The position numbers and the translations under genes are program-made. DNA of 64,000 bases from Veleropilina oligotropha (lineage: Eukaryota): NCBI GenBank assembly GCA_048128005.1, contig JBEUKZ010000050.1, positions 1-64,000 on the forward strand, read 5' to 3'. Below, piece by piece: positions 1 through 12,600 of this stretch (position 1 is the stretch's first letter; each line of letters starts with the position of its first letter). A model generated the notes under the pieces. That model was not told where the DNA came from and made no database searches. It was given only the letters and a program-made list of their open reading frames with translations.

Positions 1-349
1 CACAAATTGAATGTAAATTGTCAAAATTTCCTTCCCCAATGCTAACTTTGGAAAAAAATCATAAAAGTTAATACTGTCATACCAAAAGAAATCATCATCT
101 TATGGGCCTGTCGAGCTTATCTTAATCAAGGATTTCAACAAGTCAACCAAAGTATTCACACCAATTTTTGTGTGTGCAATTTTACAGGATAATTAAACTC
201 TTTGGCCTCTGGTGGCAGAAAACGCAGCCCATTTCTCAATGAGTTGCTGAATACACAGCGGTCAAAGAGTTACAAGCCTCACTATTATATTACAATACCA
301 TGTCACTTTTATATAATAGTAACCTGAATAATATATATTACTAAATTAC

Positions 350-612
350 CTGAAGAGTGCTTTTAGATTTTCTGGCAGCTCAGTACGCCCGGCATAGCCC
401 GGATTCATGGTGATGAAAATACCCACAGAGGGTTTCAGCTTGATTTCTTCACCGAGGAAGTTGAAGACCTTCTTCTTGTCTTTAATGGCATCTTGAATGC
501 ACTTCACTTGCACGGCAACCACAGATAACACCTCCACAGCTATACGATTGAACTCGTCGAAACACCCCCATGCACCAGCTTGTGCTAAACCCTTGTAGAT
601 GTTTCCAATGGA
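350..612 (-). CDS. Dynein HC exon 27 (AAA1 Walker B/sensor I)
   Basis: [23 protein letters not shown]...[10 protein letters not shown], 263 nt. Confidence 0.95.
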
Positions 613-3600
613 CTGTAACACACAAATTGTAAACAAAGCATTGAGAAGCTGTAAACAGTGGGTTGGGTGATTATACATTGTTTAGCTCTAGTCTTTCTGC
701 TCTAATAGATGACTTAATTTCATTCTGAGAAGAATGTCTTTGGTGGTTGCTGTAGCAATCTCAATAAACATACGGCCAATTTTGGTGGCATAGCATTTTC
801 ACAATGAAGAGTCAAGCACCACACCACGAACGTTGTGAAAATTAATGTACTTATACTATAAGATAGAGAGACATTGATGAAGATGGAAGAACATACTCTC
901 ACATATTTGAAATGCATTTTACAACAAGATAAGAATGAACTTAATTGATACCTAGGAAAAAACACAAGGACAATGTTTCAATTTGAAAATGTTATCCATT
1001 TCTCATGTATACCTTATAGTCCATCTGTTCGGAGCAGTTGAAGACATAGACCATAATTCCGAGTGCACGGCCCAAATCTTTTGTGGTTTCTGTTTTACCA
1101 GTCCCTGCTGGTCCTGCTGGGGCCCCACTCATGACCAAATGAAGGGACTGCGTGAGGGTGATGTAGCATCTGAAATAGGGACCAGATCACATGAAGGGAC
1201 TGCGTGAGGGTGATGCAGCATCATCAGAAATAGGGACCAGAGTCAAAGAAGGGACTGCGTGAGGGTGATGTAGCATCTGAAATAGGGACCAAAGTCAAAT
1301 GAAGGGACGGCGTGAGGGTGATGTAGTATCTGAAATAGAGACCAGAGTCAAAGAAGGGACTGCATGAGGGTGATGTAGCATCAGAAATAGGGACCAGAGT
1401 CAAAGAAGGGACTGCGTGAGGGTGATGTAGTATCAACAGAAATAGGGACCAGAGTCAAAGAAGGGACTGCGTGAGGGTGATGTAGCATCAGAAATAGGGA
1501 CCAAAGTCAAAGAAGGGACTGCGTGAGGGTGATGTAGCATCTGAAATAGAGACCAGATCACATGAAGGGACTGCGTGAGGGTGATGTAGCATCATCAGAA
1601 ATAGGGTCCAGAGTCAAAGAAGGGACTGCGTGAGGGTGATGTAGTATCATCAGAAATAGGGACCAAAGTCAAAGAAGGGACTGCGTGAGGGTGATGTAGT
1701 ATCATCAGAAATAGGGACCAGAGTCAAAGAAGGGACTGCGTGAGGGTGATGTAGCATCAGAAATAGGGACCAGAGTCAAATGAAACGACTGCGTGATGGA
1801 CCATATATATATAATAGCAAACAACTGATCTGCTAACTAACAATGAGTTCAAGAGTTATTTTTCAAAAATTAATTGAAAATATTCCAGTAAAGAGACTCT
1901 GTTATATAACTATATAGACTTTATTCCGACATGCAACTAGAGCATCCACAGCTTGAGTAACTGTTAGATGATATTTTGCCCACAAAGAAATGATGCAAGA
2001 AACATCTATCAACTATTGCAATTAAGCTAATGATTATATATTTGAAGATTATGAACAACTATTGAAAATAACATAATCATACATCAAACTTTGTCACAAT
2101 GACATGATATTGAAGAGTCAAGGTGTGCATTTTACCTGTCTGTTAATGGAGTAATGACGAGTCGAGGTGTGTTGCCGAGATATTCATGGGAATAGCAGAA
2201 TTGTGCATCGCAGATGTTGGCATAGCAATCCTTCTCGTTGTCATCCCATCGATGTCGAAGCTGGGCAAGCCAGGTGAATGACTGAGCATTTTCTACCTTC
2301 GTGGTGATGATTTTGGTGACCACGTCTCGTGCATGAACATCTATTGTACAGATGGTCATGATCTTCTGACGATCACCGGGAGTCAATTCACCGAGCAGCA
2401 TAGTAATCAGGGCAGTCAACTGGCTAACCTACAACAAGGACACATCAAGTATATAACAAGAAGCTATAGAACAAACAAGTGGTTGCAATAAGAGGCGCTT
2501 GTCCCCCACTTATATTTTTATATATGCTGCCCAGAGAATGAGTCCAAAGTCGCCAAAAATGATAAGTTTTAAAAAAATTCCCAATATTCAAATTTGAGTG
2601 TCAAACAGCCAGAATCTCTCGAAAATGAAATTAAAGTACAGTGGATTCCACTTAATTGCATAACGTTTAATTGCATATTTCGGATATTTGCATAAAATCT
2701 GCAAGAACAGAATAGATTACTACTATTATCATATGCAAATAATCGCTTAATTGCATGCATAATTACCGGATTTTCGCTTAATTGCATAAGAAATTTTTGA
2801 CCGCATAATTGACAAAACAATACATAGTTAATAATAAAGTCATTAAATTGATCGAAATACTAAAATAAATTTTACTTCCGGAAAAAGTCGGAACTGAAAG
2901 TTCGGTAAACACAGGGTTCATATACTTGGGATTTGACAAAATTCAATGACTTTCCAGGACATTATTTGTTGAAATTCCAGGTTATTCCAGGACATTTGAG
3001 TCTAAGACCATCGTTGATCGCATATAAATATATTGTATTGTCATAAAATTTTAAATAAAGTAACACAAAAACTAAACACATGTCGGTTTTGACACAAAAA
3101 AGTATGATAACCCCAATTTGCCAGGACATAATCTGACAGTAAATTCCAGGCTTATCAAGGACATTCCAGGACAACAATAAAAATCCAGGACTTTCCAGGT
3201 TTTCCAGGATGCGTACGAACCCTGGTAAACATATTTCCGTGCAGAAATGTTACGGAAATGAGCGATGTCAGTCGGGGAAATTATCAATCGATAAAGTGAA
3301 GTAGGCCCTACGTTGTGTCAGCATCTAAAGAGTTATTTGTGTTTTGCTAAATTAGGTCTATAAATGATCGCCTTTGTCTGATTTCTGAATTAGCAAAGTC
3401 ACATACGATAATCGGATTAAAGGGGATTAAAAATTTATTGTCCCGAATCCAAATAACAGACCCAAAATCAAAGATAAGGCTTTCAAATCAAAGTAAACGG
3501 TGCCGTTACATCTATTCACATGAACAGCACTTAGTTCGCCAATAAATTACATAATTCTAAGACAAAAACAACACTTGTAACAATTAACATGGCTGTTCTT

Positions 3601-6600
3601 ACACAAAATGAACAGTATTATCTCCCTTGTTTTAGTTTTTTAGTACGTAGCCTCGTCGTTACGAATTATGGTGACTTAATTATTATTTTAATTAATATAT
3701 GACGATCATAATATATACTGTAATAATAAAATCTCGCTAGAAATAATTATTCAATTGCAAAAAAAAAAAAAATCGATTCCAGATTAAAACAGGCCAAGTT
3801 TTCAACATGGCGTCAATAACGCGACACGTGTTCAGCAGAAGAGAAACGTTCAGAATATGAATTTCCACATCATAGTAATCTATGAAATTCGACGATACGC
3901 TTTCGAAACCCATAACAATTAATTCTACTGAAACAGGCTAGTCACCTTCAGGTTAGAATAGCCACAAAATATTGTGTATACAATCCATAGGCCTATTTAT
4001 GGAATGAAAAATACATTTACAAATAAAGTAATTACAATTAAGTAATTATCGTTGATGATATAGCAGCCGTGGTACAGTGGTAGATGCACTGGCCTCTCGA
4101 GAGGTTTGGGGTTCAACCCCGATCCCGGCGACTTCCCTTGGGCAAGGAATTAAGCATATATTGCCTCGGTTCACCCAGCCGATCTGAGATCTAAATGGGT
4201 ACCTGGTTGGCAGTGGCAGAATATGTCAGAATGACTGGTCAAGCGCCTAACAGGCATGTACTTGGCCATAATACTCTCAGAGAGTTGAGAAGGAATATTA
4301 AATGAACAGGCCAATAACCAGGGCATAATAATGTAAGCACTTTGAGCACGCATCTCGTATGTGTGGGAAAGCGCAGATAAATCTTCACATTATTATTATT
4401 ATTTCCGGCGAAAAACAATTTCCGAAATTTACCAATTTGGTTAAAACGGTTAAACACATAATCTGGAAAATCGCGACAATCTCGCTATGCAAATAAGCGG
4501 AATCCACTGTGGTGTGAAATCTGGTAGGAGCATGAATACTTGTACCCTGCCCAACTAGAGTCAGGACAGTAAGGTAATTGGCGCCATCAGCTGGCTCTCC
4601 TACAACGAAAATAAAATAATCGGCATGGCTCACCAACAAAATATGAGCAGTAAAACTCAATGAGTTTCACTTTTTATTTCAGATTTACTTAACAGAAGGA
4701 ATGAGGGTCATATATCTGTTTCCTAACGACTAACGCTACCAAGCACTTGCTACACGTTGATGATGGTATATGTACCTGCTTCTTGAAGTAGTCCTTCATG
4801 GCGTTTTCGTACCCCTCCTCCAGTCGTCCGAACGCGATGTTGACCTCCGTGGTCCACCAAATCTGGGTCCCGCACAGTGCTACCTGTGCAGGGTAGTCAA
4901 ACAGCCATTGGTCGCGGGCTTTCTCCTCATAACCTCCGACTGCCTCGGTCATCTCATGGCAAACTGTACTGCACATCGCATCCAATAAGCGATTCAGCCA
5001 AACCTCGACCTGGAGAGGGACACATATCGACATGTGAGCATTGGGTGTGTGCATGAAGAGATATTATATGTTGCACACAATCGGACAATTATAAACACAT
5101 GTATATATATAAAGTTATATTCAACATTCCTGAAGTAAGGTAATAAATAAATTTGGTCATAATAGTAAAGAGTTTATAAATAAATATAATACTTTTAACT
5201 GTAATCGCTGTCGCTCTGTGTCAAGATTGTCTTCCGTCGCTCTGTGTGCTGGACAGGATTGTCTCATGTCGCTCTGTGTAATGTGCTGTACAGGATTGTC
5301 TCCTGTTGCGCTGCGTCATGTGCTGGACAGGATTGTCTCCTGTCGCTCCGTGTAATGTGCTGGACAGGATTGTCTCCTGTCGCTCTGTGTCATGTGCTGG
5401 ACAGGATTGTCTCCTGTCGCTTTGTGTAATGTGCTGTACAGGATTGTCTCCTGTTACTCTGTGTAATGTGCTGGACAGGATTGTCTCCTGTCACTCTGTG
5501 CTGGACAGGATTGTCTCCTGTCGCTCTGTGTAATGTGCTGGACAGGATTGTCTCCTGTCGCTCTGTGTAATGTGATGGACAGGATTGTCTCCGGTCGCTC
5601 TATGTCATGTGCTGGACAGGATTGTCTCCTGTCGCTCTGTGTCATGTGCTGGACAGGATTGTCTCCTGTCGCTCTGTGTAATGTGATGGACAGGATTGTC
5701 TCTGGTCGCTCTATGTCATGTGCTGGACAGGATTGTCTCCTGTCGCTCTGTGTAATGTGCTGGACAGGATTGTCTCCGGTAGTATTAAACATTTTTAAAA
5801 TTCATCTTCAATTGGTACTTCAAGTGCATGCATTTAATAAGAGAATAATTTTATTAAAACAACTATTAAATAATATTTGTACAATGTTGATACAAGGTTC
5901 TCTAACTGTGTCGTTTCCATTTGACTATTGAATTGATAACAAGGATTAAACCATTTTTATGACGTCATTCTATTGTTTTAATCAGTGGTCAAACTGACTA
6001 TATTGTCAATTAGACCATGGAGACCATTATCTTACACTAAAAATGTGTATTGGGTTATTAAATTCATATATTTTAAATTATTGTACACTTTAGCAAAGGT
6101 TTAAAACAGTTATGTCACTCGGCTTGTGTTATCTAATCGGAAAAGCCTATGCAGTTAAACAACTCGGCGCTTCGCGTATTAACTGCAGGTTTAATTTATT
6201 TTGCGAATAGTGTTCACAACTACTCAGCATCATTATTATGCAGACAGTGTTCACAGCTACTCGGCATCATTATTATGCAGACAGTGTTCACAGCTATAGC
6301 CCTGAGTTGACCTCTGACCCGTTACTATAGTAACGCTACTGACCTGCCCGGAGCAGTCACATGGTCGGTTCAGGTCGACATATTCGTTGTCTTTGCTGTA
6401 CATTCCAAGTGCTGTTTTCGTGTCGTTTCCTTCAGAATCTTGCTCAAACTTTAGAGAGGCCATGCTATCAAAAAGTTTGGTCAAATGTCGGGCTACCTGC
6501 AATTTTCAGAAAACACAATTATTATAAACATTTACACACAAGATTATCTCAGACCGAATTAACTATTACATTAAACATACGACATTCAGAGAGAAAACGA

Positions 6601-9600
6601 ACGGAATCTGAAAAGCTTAAAGTTAATCTAGGCGGTCATATAGTAACATGTTACTTACCAAGGTTGGATTGTTGCCATTAGATAGTATGTCCAGTAAATC
6701 TGCAGATGAAACAAAGTAGAAACGGGGAAATGCAAGCCGCTTGGTCTCCAGGTATTCGGCCAGCGCCTTCTCGCAGAGCACTAGGCTATTCTGTAGAGAC
6801 TCCAGCCGCTCATATAGCTTGGCCTTGTTAGTGGCTTCTACGACGTTCTTCGTTTTTTCAATTTCTCCTACCAATTCCTATAAAGATTACTCTGACCTTA
6901 ATTGAAATTTAGCATATATATTATACACTTTGAAGTACCGGTAATGCTAATAAATGCATATATATTATACACCGGTAATGCTAATAAATGCATTAATATT
7001 AATCTTATACATATTGAAATATCATTATGACAAAAAATGTAGAAGACATTAATTTTTGCAAATTTAAGCATATATGCACTATTGGTATGCATTACTGGTA
7101 CGTTTCAACCTTAAAACCTATAGATCTGCACGATGAATGCTCAGTTTGTATTAGGCATGTATATGATCCAAGCTATTGTCATAATAATTTCATGTCACCA
7201 TTTTTTTGACTGCGACATACTAAGTAATTTATTACGTTAAAAATTAAAATTAAATAAACATGCAAATAATATAGTTAAACTAGAAAAACTATGTTCCCGG
7301 AACATGGGTATGCCCCGGCAGCATCAATATATTAACTACCAAAGTATGTGTTATAAAAAAAGCGTCTTGATCACCCATATGAACTCCTAGAAAATATTTG
7401 AACTGAAAACTTTAACAAAGTTTCTATGTCCAAAAATACCAATTTTATGCAATAATTAAATTAAATTTTTGTCACTATCACTGCCATGTGACATCCATAT
7501 AATAATACCAAAGCATATAAATATATTCCGAATAGAGTCTTCCGCAACCAATACACATAAACAGGAAAACTTGAACTAGAGTTTAATTCTATGTTAAAAA
7601 ACACAAATTTATTTGCAATTATTATAACGAATTCAATTTTATTAAATATCACTACCAGAGTCCCAGGTAACATCCATATAATCAATACCAAAGCATGCAT
7701 ATGCCGAAAAGACCCTTAATACAAACTTTAACTGAAAATTCTATTAAGAATTTCTATGTTAAAATCACCAATTTATTTGCAATAATTAACTCAATTTTAT
7801 CAAATATCACTGCCAAATTCTAAGGTAACATTCATACAATCAATACCAAAGCATATAATATATGCCGAAGAGTCCCTTAAGCAAGCCATATACGCTCAAT
7901 GAAAAACTTCAACCGTAAATTCTAATCAGAATTTCTATGTTAAAAAACAATCAATTTATTTGCATAAATTAAATTAAATTTTATTCAATATCACTGCCAG
8001 ACTATCAGGTAACATCCATATTATCAATATCAAATCATATATATGCCAAAAATTCCCTTGAGCAAGCCATATATACTTAATGAAAAACTGTAACCGAAAA
8101 TTTGAATCAGAATTTCTATGTTAAAAAACACCAATTTATTTGCATAAATTAAATTATTATTCAATAACACTGCCAGAGAATATGGTAAAATTCAAATAAT
8201 CAATACCAAAGCATAGATATGCCAAAAAGTCCCTTGAGCAAGCCATATACACTCAATGAAAAACTTTAACCGAAAATTCTAATAAGAATTTCTATGTTCA
8301 AAAACACCAATTTATTTGCATACATTAAATTTAAATTTTCTTCAATATCACTGCCAGAGTAGCAGGTAACATTCATATAATCAATATCATATCATATATA
8401 TGCCAAAAAGTCCCTTGAGCAAGTCGTATACACTCGATGAAAAACTTTAACCGGAAATTTTAATCAGAAATTCTATGTTCAAAAACACCAATTCATTAGA
8501 AATAATTAAATTAAATTTTATTCAACATCACTGCCAGAGTATCAGGTAACGTCCATATAATCAATACCAAAGCTTATATATGCCAAAACGTCCCTTAAGC
8601 AAGCCATATACGATCAATGAAAAACTTTAACCAAAACTTCGGACGGGCGTACGGACGGACGGACGTACGTAAGTACGTAAGTAAGTAAGTACGTACAGAC
8701 AGAGTGAAAGCAATATGCCCCTCCGGACTATCGTCCCGGGGCATAACTAGAATCTTATTTTGTTAATGAATATTCGTTACCTTTGGCCATTATGTAACAT
8801 TATGACAATCTGTCAGTGTTGTACCTTGAAATCGGAATCGATGCCATCAAATCGCTTCGAATCCTCTGGTAGCTGGTTACGGATGTCCTCTGAGCCTATG
8901 AAGATGCTTTCCAGATGGGACCAAGTGCGCTGTACTTCCATCCAAATAGAGATCACCTGGTCGGCAGTGGATAACTTCTTCTGCCATGTGGACACCTCTT
9001 GGAGAAAGTGGGCAATGTACTTGGACGTCAGCATGTTCTGGAGTTGTACCTGAGGAGAGAAACATATGTATGATGTATGGTCTTATATCAAATTAAACAT
9101 GTTTGTTAACCATCTGAAAAGTTTAGCACTGACATCAATAAACACAGACTATAATCAAATCTGGACATGTCTGCATATGAAAAGGAAAAGCATTATTACA
9201 AATTTTGTGATTATTGTCTTTAAAGTGTCTTTAATTAAAAACTACTTCACAATAAAGGTTGCTGATAAGGGCTGTTCCAGAAAAAGTGGTATGGGGGGGG
9301 GGGGGGGGGTTGAAGGCACTTTTATTTCAACCCCACCACCTATAGAATTGAATTTCACCAAATGACCATCACCTATATATTTTAATAAATTGAAAAGACG
9401 ACAACCTATAGAAATGTAATCACAAGATAGCATAACTTATGTAATCACGAGATAGCATAACTTATGTAATCACGAGATAGCATAACTTATGTAATCACGA
9501 GATAGCATAACTTATGTAATCACGAGATAGCATAACTTATGTAATCACAAGATAGCATAACTTATGTAATCACGAGATAGCATAACTTATGTAATCACAA

Positions 9601-12600
9601 GATAGCATAACTTATGTAATCACGAGATAGCATAACTTATGTAATCACAAGATAGCATAACTTATGTAATCACGAGATAGCATAACTTATGTAATCACGA
9701 GATAGCATAACTTATGTAATCACGAGATAGCATAACTTATGTAATCACGAGATAGCATAACTTATGTAATCACAAGATAGCATAACTTATGTAATCACGA
9801 GATAGCATAACTTATGTAATCACAAGATAGCATAACTTATGTAATCACGAGATAGCATAACTTATGTAATCACGAGATAGCATAACTTGACTTACATCTA
9901 TATACTATTATTTACACTCTGTGACAATAATTTGTAACTTTGCTTATATTTACAGGGGAGTCGCGACCGTGGGGGTAAGGGGGTTATTTACACCCCTAAA
10001 ATTTTGGAAGCAAGTGCTTGAGCTGAATGTTAACGTCATTACACTATATGGACTTCATTGAAGACAAAATTAGCAACATACCAAAAATATGTTAAAGTAT
10101 TTTGTTCTCATATGACAGAAAAATGCATCTGAGGCACAAATTCTCCTGGGGGATGTCCCCCGTACCCCCCACAAAGCTTCGTGCCTGCGGCATTACTGGC
10201 TTCGGCAATATGAGGTACCCTTTGTTAATGATACCCCCCGTAACATCAAAATGCTTGCGACGCCCCTGATTTATGTATGTGTGTGTGTGCGACTATACAT
10301 TGAAGAATAAGAAACACTATGGGAGACAATCCTACCCGCCCGCTGCGTTACACACGGAGAGAGAGATTGCAGTTATACCAGGGGAGACTATCATGCTTTC
10401 CGGCCCAATGCCTTTACACAGAGCTAGAGAGATAGATTAGACTTAATAAGAATTACATACTAGGGGAGACAATCCCGAACACCCAGCCGATCTGAATGGG
10501 TACCTGGTTGGCAGTTATGTAAGTCACGGCGCTACCCGCGTGTAAATGACTGTATGCTCCCAGAGGGAGTTGAGATGGTACATCGAGTGTAACAGGCCCA
10601 TAACCAGGGGTAATAATGTTCAGCGCATTGAGACACTAGCGTAATAATGCGCTATATAAGACCGGAGTATTATTATATTATTATTACAGTCATAACTATT
10701 AAATAGATGTGCAGCTGTTTCTGGTATATTCTGAAAACAGTCAACGAGTGGAATCGGGAACCCTTGTTTCTTCAAACATTATCTGTAAAGTCTGTGTGTT
10801 TCATGTTGACATTTGAATTCTGATATTGCCTTCATAATGGCAGAACAGAGATTATTAATAAATTATCGAGAATTGTCTTAAATGGTCAGTCATATGATAG
10901 ATATATATCGATGTGGCTTAACCATGGCTTGCATACTAGGGACATGCTATTTAGCTATGACAGTGAAAAACACAACAACGTATAGAATTGAATGTGATAA
11001 AATTACAATAACCTATAGAATTAGAAATTGGCCATAGACAACAACCCATGGAAAAATATATTGACTGCCTTCAAACCCCCCCATATAATTTTTTCTGGAA
11101 CAGACCTAACCACCTTTGGATTGATCTTACTTAAAATAACAGCATTAGCCTCCAGTATACATCACCGTGATGTGATAATACCCACCTGATTATCAACACA
11201 ATGTGATAACACCCACCTCGTTATATATATCACTGCCATGTGACAACACCTACCTAATTATCAACGTAATGCGATAACACCCACCTGATTATCAACGCAA
11301 TGTGATAACACTCACTTGGTTAAATCACTACCATGTGACAACACCCACCTAAGTATCAATGCAATACGATAACGCCCACCTGGTTATATCACTGCCATGT
11401 GATAACACCCACCTGATTATCAACGCAATGCAATAACACCCACCTGATTATAAACGCAATGTGATAACACCCACCTGGTTATATCAACGCGATGGGATAA
11501 CACCCACCTCATTATCAATGCGATGCAATAACACCCACCTGATTATCAATGCAATGAAATAACACCCATCTGATTATCAACGCGATGTGATTACTGTTAC
11601 AATATGATGACTAATTACTTAACGAGTTAACTTTAAGAATGGTAAATCAGTATTGTTATAAATGTGGAAAACGTACTTGATGACTAATTGCACTAAGAGC
11701 CCATGCCATATAGTGATTGACTGTGACCTGGTGATCTAATGTAATCATGTTTATCTTATCAATAACAATTAGCAGAAGTTAACGAGACTTGACGTCACAT
11801 AAGGATGGCATGGGTGGACAAGTTTGACATGTTTATATAATTGAAATAGATTAATGATGCTTACTATGTGTCATTTTGCATGTGTCTATGATGTAATATG
11901 GGGCAAGTTAAGCGAGGAGGGGAGTTAAAGTTAAGAGGGTGAATCCAAAGCGCGTTAGTCGATTGGCTAAGAAGGGGGTGTGGCCCGTGTGAGAAAATGT
12001 GATTAAAAGCCTAGTGCGCGCTTTGGATGCTAGTCCCGTGCTAGCTTCAGGCTAGAAAGCACTCCCGTGCGGGGCTCATTTTGTGTAGTTAGAAAATGTA
12101 TCCGATGTAATTTGTACGATGTTTTCGATTACATAAATGATTAGTCAATTACATCCAGTAGCGAGATGTAAACTCAACGACTCCAACGGATAGCGTCTTG
12201 TCACGAGGATGTTATCTTATACCATCGCATTCCAGCACGGATAACACAACGGTCCTTTATACCATCGCATTCCAGCACGGATAACACAACGGTCCTTTAT
12301 ACCATCGCATTCCAGCACGGATAACACAACCGTCCTTTATGTTGGAATGACCAGAGTCGGCTGAGTCGATCAAGAGACAGTAGCAGATACTCCATGTAAT
12401 ACTAGACGACACGAAGAATGTGTTCCATTAGCCTTCCACCGTTGTTCACCGGACATATAGAAATCCACTGCGAACTAGAGCAGACTACTGACAAATTTTC
12501 CCCATTAACACAGTACGCGGTGACGGGCATTCCGCCGGTTATCGAAGTCCTAACCGGCAGCACCAATCAGCCCGCATCGCAACATAACACCCACCTCATT

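Larger units (their letters stand above)
9269..11106. mobile_element. PIF/Harbinger-like MITE (TAA TSD) carrying nested insertions
   Basis: Imperfect TIRs GGGCTGTTCCAGAAAAA...G-run...TTGAAGGCA and TGCCTTCAAACCCCCC...TTTTTCTGGAACAGACC; TAA on both flanks. Confidence 0.75.

Noticed and set aside
4062..4135. tRNA genes at the SINE heads (also about 23950-24014, 25580-25660, 43030-43099, 59580)
   Set aside because: A/B boxes are present but I could not form a complete cloverleaf, and each continues into a shared SINE body.
5200..5782. 37-bp palindromic repeat resembling a CRISPR direct repeat
   Set aside because: Units are head-to-tail with no unique spacers, there are no cas genes, and it lies in a spliceosomal intron. 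The same applies to the 25-, 28-, 31-, 34- and 44-bp arrays.
6210..6300. 37-bp duplication near the exon 23 donor (similar short duplications at about 6935-6995 and 13105-13172)
   Set aside because: They do not include the splice site, so they were not counted as junction arrays. They do show a high background rate of tandem duplication, which is the null model.
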